The notes beneath the pieces are model-generated. The model ran no database searches, had not been told where the DNA came from, and saw only the letters and a list, made by a program, of their open reading frames with translations. Below are positions 34,201 to 46,200 of a DNA stretch of 64,000 bases, in pieces (the stretch's first letter is position 1; each line of letters opens with the position of its first letter). Origin of the DNA: Antedon mediterranea (taxonomy: Eukaryota; Animalia; Echinodermata). Location: contig NC_092679.1 of the NCBI RefSeq assembly GCF_964355755.1, positions 15,049,432 to 15,113,431 on the forward strand, read 5' to 3'. The position numbers were made by a program, and so were the translations under genes.

Positions 34201-37200
34201 TCAACACTCAATAAATACTAATTGTATTCCAAAATTACCCAAAGAATGTTGGGTTTTTCCCTACAAATTTAAACATGTATTTGATTTTTAATTAATCATC
34301 TTTAAACATTTTATTTTCAGCTGATTTGATTATGCTTGGTAGGTATACATTTATTTATATTGTGTATATATATATATAACATTTTAGAAAATAAGAGCAT
34401 ATTATTTTTGCAGTGTGCAGTTTTGCTTACTTGAATTCTTTCAGTGGAATGTCACAAAATTGTCAATATTAACCTATATTTTCAAGTTACTATATTAGTT
34501 ACTATATGGTTTTCTGCATGAGATTATTCATTATATTAACTATCAACATTTTATTTCAACAGGTTTAGCAACACATGAACCAAATTTCACTATCATCAGA
34601 GAAGAATTTAAACCAAACCAGCCGAGAACTTGTGATATATGTGGCCAAACTGGTAAGAATTGATTTTTGTTTTTTTAAAAATTGGGCCTTGATTTTACCA
34701 TTACTTTTTTTTCAAAGATGACAGCTTTCTCATTGGCTTAGATTTTCAATGATTTTTATCTTTTTAATTGTATTTCTTAATAGGTCATGAAATGGATGAA
34801 TGTGAAGGACTGCCAAAAACCAAGGAAGGCGAGGTATGATTGTATTGTTATATTGTCACTTGTTTCCAGTTTTTTATTCTTACGACCTAATGTTATATTC
34901 TTTTTAGAAACTTTGTATTACTCTGCATTTTACTATGGAATAGTGTAAAATCTATTAATCAATCACCTGTTTGAGTGCATGTATATTTTGGATAACAAAC
35001 TTTCAATAAACAAATTCATGATGTTTCAGTAGAATGATACAATATGCTTTGGTTTTTATGATACTGTGGTTAAGTGATTCCAATTCAACAGTCACTAAAA
35101 ATAGTAATATCTTGGTCCCAAAATTGGTCTTAAGTTGGAGGGGAGAATTTAAAACATCAGGCATACATGCATGTTAATAATATTTTTTTTTGGCAGCATG
35201 ATGAACTTTCAAAGCCGATTGGACAAGAAACAGAGTTTATCTTTCTTCGTTTAAATATCCTCAGAGAGGTAAGTGTTACCATATCACTATTTTAATTTTA
35301 ACTTTCTTCCTTAGGCTGTGAAATCGGTTAAATCCCATTTCCACAGGAAGTTTATCGGTTAATTATCAGTTAATTTTTTTCGGTTAATTTTTGGCTGCGG
35401 AAACACGACCCTAGATACATGGCAGTACATTGTTTGGTGTTATATTTTAATTGAATCCAGAATGTTTAGATGAATATATTATTATTATATGTCTTTTTTT
35501 GTAGTACCTTGAAAAAGAGCTGTGGATGACTGGTCTACCCTTTCCATTTGACATTGAAAGGGCTATTGATGATTGGGTGTTTATGTGTTTCTTTGTTGGT
35601 AATGACTTTCTACCACATCTACCATCGTTGTCTATTAGGTAAACTATTATGTGTTTAAATTGTTATATTTCTAAATCTGTATAGCAAAAGATTAGCATTG
35701 ACCTATTATAGATAAGAGTTTTGCTCAACTATAATGTAATTGAACCAAACTAGATGGTACGCTCGCTTCGCTCGCGTACCATCTAGGTTGTGCCCACAGA
35801 TGGTTCTCGAATACACAGTAATAATTCAGCGTAACTAAAATTAGCACCCTGGGAATTTACTTCCTAAGAAGAAACTTATAACAAAATGAGTCCAAATTTT
35901 TTGATTTGGACTCATTTAAAGAAACCCAATTTGTGTTTTGTATGTAACGTTAGGTTTGAGGGATGGGAAAGCGGATAGGTACAAAGAGGAACAATTTTTA
36001 AATATATTCTTTATCCACTCAGTAACGAAATATTTTGTTCATGTTTTATAGATAATATACCTCTAAATACAGTAAAACATTTGCGATTTCATACTTTGTT
36101 AAAACTTTCACTGTCATAATCGATTGAAATATTAAAGTTTATATTAATATTATTGGTAATTATTAATTAATACAAACGTTGAGAGGGAACTGTCAGTATA
36201 AAGTTTATTTGTATATAATAATGTGTTTATATATCTAACAGTGAAGCCTAACCACAATCTCAGTAATAAAGTTTATTTGTATATATTTTTTTTACATCTA
36301 ACAGTACGAACATTCACCGTAAAAAATGTTCGATTCAAATGAGGACCAAAAATAGTTAATAGGTATTTACAGTATTGTCAAATATTGCAAGTTTATTCTC
36401 AAAGGGCCCATATATTTACCTACCATATGTGTTAAACCAAGGGCTCATAAATTTACCTACTTGTGTTAAACCAAACTCTGGCAGACTGAGAGATTGGGAT
36501 GTTCCATTCATCGCAAATCAATACATTTGTAGAATCGTATATTAAATCTATCAAAATAGTATTTTTTAAAGAAAATCGGCCTGTCTTCAACATTATGATG
36601 CTGTACTCTAGCTGTTCAACCGGTTTTCAGCTATTAAAAACAATTATCTTAGGAGGAGATAGGAAAATGCGAAGCCTCCTCGCATTTTTGTGGCGGGTAT
36701 TTTTCAAGATGGACATCCATTAGACAGTGTATACCACGATCGGAAAACACCCCTCTTTGGGGCAAATCGTTGAACCTAAATTCGTTTTAATCGTCAATAA
36801 CTAATTATCTAACTTAATTTAATTAGTAAATAGGGTTAAATCAGGTGGTTAAAATCAGTACCGAGATTCTAACCAACTTTAAATACCATCGAGTAAACAT
36901 TCTAGAAATAACGCGCAATTTACCGAATTTTGCCCTTACGTAAATACCATTACTAATATTAATAAGAAGACATATGAACATTTGCTAGTGGTACCACTAC
37001 ACACATTTACACACATCTTTGTGTGAGCATCAGTGTTTAGTTTGCACTCCAGTTTGTGTACACCCCAGAGTGTTACTAGGAGCTGTGAAAATACACAGCC
37101 TTCAGATACTACCCTGGCCTATTGTGTTTACCCTAATGACTAGTAGGGTTTTATATGTGAAATTACAACATTTCTATTTTTTCTCCTCATTTTTATAGGG

Positions 37201-40200
37201 AAGGGGCTATAGATCGACTTATTAGACTGTACAAAACAGCTGTTCACAAGACAAATGTAAGTACAGTATTTTTTAAAATATGAATTTACCTATTTCTTTA
37301 TATCAATCACAACAAAGTTGATTGAAAGTACCTGAAAATGTCTGGATTTCCTGAAACTCTATACAGAATCTATTGCCAAATACCATATTAAATTCATAAT
37401 TGAGACTTCGATAAATGCACCATACCAAGAAATGTAACATATGTACAGTATATCTTTTACAACAGAAAGAAGCCAAGAGACATAATTAAAAAACAATAAT
37501 AATTTAGAATTATAAAGCACATAATATTAACCAGTTCTGCAAAGGCACAATTCTATTTAAGTTTATTTTTTATTTAAACCAGGGTTACCTTACAGAAAAT
37601 GGAATTGTAAATTTAACTCGTGTACAAATGATATTACGAGGTAAGTTTATAAGTTTTTAAAAAATAGTAATGTTTTTTTGTTCAGTAACTTAGTCTTAAA
37701 CAATAGACTTCGATAGTTGTTATTATTCTTTTATTAACCACATAAATATTTCTAAATCAATAATAGTTCAGTCATATTTGTTAATGATTACGTTTAGACC
37801 TTGGAGAGGCTGAAGATGAAATCTTCAAGAAAAGACGAGAAAGTGATCTCAGATTTCGAAGGAATAACCAGAACCGCAAGAGAAGGGAGATGGTATGTAC
37901 TTTAATCATTTGTTTAATATAGGGTTAGGTGAACACGGAACTAATTCGTCTCATTACTGCTCAACATGAGTGCTCCCAGAATTGGTTGCCACTCAAAGTA
38001 ACAGAATGTGTCGATATGAGTGCAGTTGAGTTACTTTCAGTTGAACATAAACAATCAATTATACCACTTGTTGCGTTGTATGGGTTCAGTTTAATGTCGA
38101 CATGAGTACTGAATTTTTTCGGTATCTGTTCTGTTCATTTGCTTAAAATCCGACATGAAAACTATTGTGCAACTACAGTAAAACCTCTATTTAGGGGACA
38201 CCTTTTAGGACCCCATGTGTTGGCCATAATGGTAACAACATATATTTTTTCTCTCAACTGTTGTTTCAGTTCTGTTTTGACCTAAGTACATCTTTACTCT
38301 AAATATTTCTATTTTATCAAGAAAATTAAAATATTAAACATTTTTGTTATTTTTGTTAAAGCAAAGTCAACAGTTTGTGCCATCAGGATTCTTGGCTCCA
38401 AAAGTAAGTACCAGCTACTCAATCTAAGTCTAAGTAAACTTTTTGTGACAAAAAAAAAGTGATGTGTCCATATATGGACACGATGATGTCATATCACTAC
38501 CATATTTGGGCACATTACAATATGTTTGTCAAACTACTGTACCTATATAGATAGGAAACAATCGAAAAAAAAGACTTAATTACAATGATTTCTATGAGAG
38601 AGCATTTGTACATTTGTTTGTTCACATTGTTCCTACTACACGCACCCATTTACATGGGGTTTTAGGGTATTAAAATGATTAGAATTGTACTGAGAAAGTT
38701 TTAACATTTGAAAATTATCAACCAACTTTTGTCCAAATCCCATACTTTTCCCCATTTAGGACATTTATTTGTTTGTTCAGTAATTAATACTTTTATACGT
38801 TTTAAACTACATTTAAAAACCACACTACTTTTGTAGAATATTATACAGTTCAGAATAATTCTTTGTACTGTGAATAACACAACTAATATTTATATTAAAC
38901 ATAATATATACTAATTCCACAAGCATTCCGTCAGAGTTTTGTCCATCAAATGTTACCCATTGTTTCCCTTATTATATTTAGGCTATTGGAGAAGATCAAA
39001 GTGGCCACACTGCAAAAGACATAAGGAATGCTGTACAAGATGGACGCAATCAAGCTAACAAGGTAATGATGTCTATAAATGTGTATTCTCGCATCTATGT
39101 CTGACTAGACTTGGTATGTTTTGTATAAATAAAAGATATTTCATCAAATATACTTTTCTATCCTGTAATGATGACTACTATAGGGGGTTAGGGGATTGTA
39201 TTGTAAACTTTTCTCACCCATGGCATTATAAGGGTCTGAAAATAATATTTCTAAATTAATAGTTACTAAGCTATTTATTGTTATTTGCCAGTGATTAACT
39301 CAGTTGTTAATTTTTGGACAAATTTAAACCTGTAAGGTATGCATAAAAAAATGTTGACTTTACAGTATACAAATAATGAATGTTTATGAGTGAAATGGAA
39401 CAAATAATTTCATGAGGTGAAATAGGATAAGTTATATATTCATGAAGCCAAATGAATATTTAACACATGTTCATCTTTCACCAAATGATATTATTTGTAC
39501 CATTTTACGTTCATTATTTTACACACCTACTTTTAACGAGAGTCTGGACCAATTCCTAAACCATTCAAAGAGGCAGCGCTCCAATTTTGGACGCCAAGTA
39601 GAACAATTATAGATCGAACATGATCAGTCAACAACAACCTTGAACATGTGGTTGCACACTCGCTGTGTAACAATTTAATACACAAAACAAAATTGCAGTA
39701 TTCGATTTTACGTAACGACAAAACATGATTGAGTGTGCTACTTTACGTTCATTCTTATGTTACCCACAATCATTCAATCAAACGACAAGAATCTACTTTT
39801 GTAACATTGCATATGTTTTACAGAATGCTGCAGATCAACTCAGATCACAATTGAATGGGGATAAGAAGCCAGAGCCTCCAAGAAGGGGTTCGAAAAGAAC
39901 AATAGAGGATATGCAGAAGGAAGATGAGGAACAAGATAAACATGATGATGTTAAGTAAGTTACATGTAAATTAATAATTTAAATATACTTTATTCAACAT
40001 TTAAAAAAACACATAACTTCTTTAACAAAGTATTCCCTTTATAGTTGTTGTAAGCTTGTCCCCTGAATAGAGGTTGGCCTTATGTTAAAACATATATTTC
40101 TTTTCATTGTTGTCTTGGAAATGTGTCCCCTTTATAGGAGTGTCCTCTGAATAGTTTCATTTCCTTTTATTTGATATCAAAATTGCAGCAAAAGGCTGAA

Positions 40201-43200
40201 TTACATGATACTTACAAATATAAAAACAGTTAAATCGGGCATAAAACAGTATATAAAAAAGTGCATGTACAAATCACATACATATACAAAACATATGTTT
40301 CTTTCATTCTTTTCTTGTGAAAGTGTCCCCTTTATATTGGTGTCTCCTGGATACTTTCATTTTATTTTATATCAAAATTGGAGCAAAAGGCTGAATTACA
40401 TGATAATATATATAGATAAGATATAAAAACATTTAGATCAGGCATAAAACAGTATATAAAAAAGTGCATGTACAAATCACAGAAACAAATAAAAGGAGTT
40501 GCATTCACAGGGAGGTGTTCCATTTAAGCTCTGTCTACACTAGCAAACTTTATGTGACAACAAAATGTGATGTGCCTATATATGGACACAATGATGTCAA
40601 ATCACTACCATATTTAAGCATATCAATACCATATTTGGGTACATCACACATTTTTTGTCAAACTGGTTTGATAGTGTAGACAGAGCTTAATAGGGGAATC
40701 CTTTTTACAAATTACGTTATTCTGCATTCACAGAAATTTAAACTAATTTTGCATTTTTTCAATTTCACAGATTGTGGGAAGATGGTTGGAGAGAGCGTTA
40801 CTACCAGGGAAAGTTTGATGTTGAAGGTGATGATTATGCTTTCAGGAACAAAGTTGTAAGTTTTTATATTTAATAAATTTAGGGATAATATAATAGTACA
40901 CAAATATTTATTGAAAATCTGAGTGTATTTTGTGTGAACGTAGCTTTAGAGTGTGTATTTTCAAATCAGCTTCACCTTGTTGAATAGAACAGTCTTACAT
41001 TACAACTATTCTCCCCATTCAATTTATAACATGCTTTGTTTGTATACCATTACCATTAATAAAAACGAAAAAAGAAATGCTTGGCAAGTTAGTTTACAAT
41101 AGGTGACTAGTGTGGTATGCAGTTAGCAGAGCTAAAAAATCTATTAAATTCAATGCAATCTAGTCTAACCCTAAAGCTCTGTCTACACTATCAAACTTTC
41201 ATGTTTGGACATGATGAGGTTAATCAGTACCATATTTGGGCACATCACACTTGTTTTGTCAAACTAATTTGATAGTATAGACAGAGCTTTAGAAATATTA
41301 ACAGAGATTATATTTCAATCAAATTGCTCAGTTGTTTCATTATAACATTAAGTGGTCTTCACAGTTAGCAGTGACGGTGTAATGATAAGGGAATGGGACT
41401 AGCAATGTGTTAGGCATAAGGGTGCCATATTGATTTTATCCTTCGGCAAGATTCTTTACTCTCATTGCAATCTTCTTGTCATTGGCCCCATGTACATACA
41501 ATGCATAATTAAAGAACTTGGTACACTAAAAAGAGTAGAAAATTGCTCCCTGTGTGCTGATATGGGTATGCGCTGCACTGCAGGTGTGTGTCAGTAAAGA
41601 GTAATCTAAATTTCCAGTTATGCTTGAGGATGATATTATGTTTCTCCATGAGCCTCTGATAGTAGATAATCTAAATTTGTTAATTTTACTTTGATTTTAG
41701 GGTGATGCATATGCGCTTGGTCTTTGCTGGGTCTTACAGTACTACTACCAAGGATGCCCATCCTGGGATTGGTATTTCCCATACCACTATGCACCATTTG
41801 CTTCCGACTTTGTTGACATTGACAAGAAGGTCAGCACTAATTTTCCCAAAGGAACAAAGCCGGTAAGAAGTTTAAAAGAAAGAACCATTCCTTACTGTTT
41901 TTATAAATTCTAAATGCCAAACTAGATGCTAGACACCCCTATTAAGGGGACACTTTCCTGTGAAAACATATGATGGCAATAGAGAGTTCATTGGGATTCT
42001 CCAGGGAAAATTTCTATTAAGGAGACACTTATGTATTGAAGGTGTCCTCTAAATAGTGTTTCTACTGTATGTTTTAATACTATGGCCCTATTAAGGAGCA
42101 CTTTGTCCCTTGAATGGAGGTTTTACTGTATCTTGACTGATTCAGCCTCATCTCATGTGCCATCCATCCCAAGCCGAAACCTCATAACCACTTCCATTAT
42201 ATCATTTCCGCCAGACTATGACATTTTATCCTTCTTTGTGTTCTTTTATTCTGTAAGTACATCATGTTATGTCCCATCCATCTGAAGCTGTGACCTCCTA
42301 ACCACTTTTATTATCGTTTCCTTCGGACCAAGACATGTCATCTTTCTTTGTCTTCTTTCATTCTGTAAGCATCATCATCTCATGTCCCATCCATCTGAAG
42401 CTGTGACCTCATAACCACTTTTATTATCGTTTCCTCTAGACTAAGACATTTCATCCTTTTTTGTGTTCTTTCATTCTGTAAGCATTATCATCTCATGTCC
42501 CATCCATCTGAAGCTGTGACCTCCTAACAACTTTTATTATCGTTTCCTTACGGACCAAGACATTTCATCTTCCTTTGTCTTCTTTCATTCTGTAAGCATC
42601 ATCATCTCATGTCCCATCCATCTGAAACTGTGACCTCATAACCACTTCCATTATCGTTTCCTCTAGACCAAGACATTTCATCCTTTTTTGTGTTCCTTCA
42701 TTCTGTAAGCATCATCATCTCATATCCTATCTATCTGAACCTGTGACCTCATAACCACTAATAACCACTTCTATTATGACATTCCATCTCATCTTGTTTT
42801 TTTTATCCTAAGCCATCAAACAATATTTCTTTTCTTTAAACTAAACTGGTATTATTATCCCTATTCTCTCATCATTTCAGTTCAACCCTCTGGAACAGCT
42901 AATGAGTGTATTTCCGGCAGCCAGTGGTAACTTCCTTCCATCGTCATGGAGGACGCTGATGTCTGGTATTGAGTCGCCAATCATTGACTTTTATCCGGAT
43001 GATTTCAAAATTGACCTGAATGGAAAGAAATATGCTTGGCAAGGTTTGTATAATACTGAACTCATAAAAGGAAATGTTAAAGCCATAATTTAAATTTGTA
43101 ATGTGTTGTACATGTAAATGTAGTTTCAAACTTTCCCAATGTAATAAAATGGATGCCTACAATAGCAACATGGAAGACTTTCATGGGGTAATCTGGACCA

Positions 43201-46200
43201 GGATCCCAATTAGGGACCGTTTCTTCAACATTTTACTAATTTTAGATGGATCTTTATCAAATTCAAACCACTGAAAGGTATATAGCTACACATTACTCCA
43301 TTACATTTTGGGGGCGGTCTAGGTCTCAATTCGGGACCACCTTTAGTCTAAGGGATGATTGCCAAATTGTCACTTTTAAATTGTCACCAATTGAAAACTA
43401 CTTGACTTTTTATAACACTAAACATATTACACTTTAGGTCAGTATTTTAAGCAATAGAAATTTAGGCCTTAATCATTTTTAATTTTTGAGATGAGCCCTT
43501 GGCAGAGGTATGCAATCTTGATTTTTCTTGAAATATAATAATTGTAATATTAATTTTTTTTTTATCATTTGTTTTAGGTGTTGCTCTTCTACCATTTGTT
43601 GATGAAGGCAGATTATTAGAAACGTTAGCAGAGGTTTATCCAAATCTTTCAGAAGATGAAAGTAAGTAAATTCAAACTTCATTCAAATCCTGTGGTCCCT
43701 TTGTATATGTGGTGTACATTAAAGACTTTTGTACACTATTGAAAAAGAGTAGGGGATCCACTTCCAATGTGCTAATCAGGGTAGGCGCTGCACTGCTGGT
43801 TTACGTGGGTTCGTAGAGGGTCTAAACCAAATTCCTCAGTTTCTGGTAACCTTGATGACAATATTATATTGATTTTAATTCATTTATTTATTTATTTTTA
43901 TTGTTTTTTCTTTTCTATTGTCTTACTTATGCCAAGAAAAATGAATTTAAAATTAATTGGACCAATACAAATTTCTTGAATCTTGAATCTTCTCTTTACA
44001 GAGATGAGAAATAGCTTAGGACCAGACAGACTGTTCGTTGGTAAAGATCACCCATTGTATTCATTCATAGAAGGGATCTATGAGGGTGACAAACCGCTGG
44101 AAGATGTAAGCTAGCTAGCCTAACTTTAGCTTTTGCTGGCATTGTTATTATACTACAATTTCTACATACTTAAGTACAGTAAAAATCCTATTAAGGGGAC
44201 ACCTTTAGGACCTAATAAAGTGTTCCCCTAATAGGCATCTCCCCTGCATAGGGGTTGGCTGTACAGCAGTAATGAAATATACATTGCCCCTCATTCGTTT
44301 CTCTTAATAATGTTGTCTCCTGAATGGAATAGGCTGTAGTAGGAAAATAAAAACAAAGACATTTTGATAGGAAGGAAATATGAGTGGCTTGGATGTTTGG
44401 ATGCTACCAGCCACAGGGGTATGGTTCAAATCCTGTCAGATATCACGTCATTACTCCACTGCCAAACATTCACCTTTTGTTTTTTTTTGGTCCTCTGAAA
44501 TGGATTGCCACCGGAAGACAGTGGCTTTTAATGTTATCAATCTTTTCTGTTTGCCTAAAAAGGAAAATATATAACTTAATGTCAAGAAGCTGTTACAATA
44601 ATTTGTTTATAATTATTTTTTTCCAAGCATTGATTACTGTATTTTTTTCCTTTAAAAAAACTTAGAAAATTGCTGTTAGTACTGAACTCAGCCAAGGAAT
44701 GGCAGGGGAAATATGGTGTGATAGATTTGCGGTTAAAACAGATGGGTAAGTGTATTTGAAACTGGAATAAATAAATATCAACATTTTTAGAAAACAGCTG
44801 ACCAGATCTCCATAGGTTAAATTCATGGTTGAAATATAGTTTGAAAACTTACAATTCTGTTTGATACTTAATGTAGCAATAAAGCTAGCAACGAAACGCA
44901 AGGACTGAATTGAATTGAAATATATATTTATACTGGGTATACCTCTTCAGTCAAAGACTGGTCTCCCAGAGGGCCCAGTTGGTGATCAGTGGCTGTGATG
45001 TACTAATACACCGGGGTAACCCCCTACTCGTCTCGAAAGATGTACTAGGTGCACACGAGCAAGTTGTGTACACTGGACCTACGGTTTATAGTCCTTATCC
45101 GAGAAGACTCGTTCTACCACCAGAACCATGGAGTGAGTGAGCCTCGAACCTCTGCCGATGTTATGGCTACGCGATTACGGTTCCACTGTCTTAACCGCTC
45201 GGCCACTCACTCACGACGTAACGTAACGCAAGTGAATTGACCAATCACAAGCAATGGCTTATTCGCTTGTGATTGCTAACTGTCTATAACTTTGCTTGTC
45301 ATTGGTTAACATGATTGCGTTTACGTCCTTGCGTTACGTTCTAGTGGGAACCACGCTTTATCAAAAGTACAAATGGTATCAATTGTAATAATAGATGTAG
45401 TTTGATAATTGAAAACATTTCTTTTTTTCAGTACTAAGGAATCTCCACTTCCAATGTTACGTGATATTAAGGGTTGTCATGTGATGAGGTAGGCTTTAAT
45501 CTATGTTTTTGGACACATTTTACAATGTAGTCAAGGCTTACATACACATCCTCAATGCTGATTGGTCAAAAGTTTGTGGCTAAAAATGATTTTCTTCTCT
45601 CTTGGATAAAACCTTTAAACTGAAGGTCCAGTGTACACAACTGACTTGTGTACACTTACAAGAACCCAGTGCATCTTTCATAAAGGGTAGGTGATTACCC
45701 TGGCGCTTTGGTCCATTTTAGACCTTGTCTTTAATTACTCTGGCGACCTGACCATATTGTTTCACCAGAGTGGCCCTATTTCCCAGTTCTTCTGTATTAT
45801 ATTCATGGACCCTAGGTTAGCATTACTGAGCTATAAATGTAATTGTTAATAATATCAATTGGGTTTAGCTGTGCGTATCATGATCCAGATTATGGGAAGG
45901 ATTACCTATTCAAGTGTAACATGCTTCCTGGAGCAAAGTGAGTTTAATTTATTCTTCATTATTTTTCACAACCATTTATAGTTTTGTTTTGTTGATTTTC
46001 TATTGTTGTTGAAATAAGTGTAATGTCTACTTTGAGAAAAACTGGTTTCTTTAATTTGCTAGCGTTTAAATTAGTCTCACAATTATAATATGCTATTTAT
46101 TCTGCATCGTTAAGTGGACATTATACTTTTCAAAACTGTTGAAAAGTTGAATCATCATCATTTAATAGAAAGTGTTTATTTAAATACTTTTAAAAGTTTT

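Noticed and set aside
33941-34291. 116-aa ORF with [15 protein letters not shown] repeats
   Set aside because: Translation of the 16-bp tandem repeat inside an XRN2 intron.
41165-41174. CTAACCCTAA as a telomerase RNA template or interstitial telomere
   Set aside because: A single 10-mer abutting a MITE end, with no supporting structure or array.
42145-42790. CRISPR-like repeat-spacer array
   Set aside because: The whole unit is repeated with no unique spacers, the context is a eukaryotic intron, and there are no cas genes.
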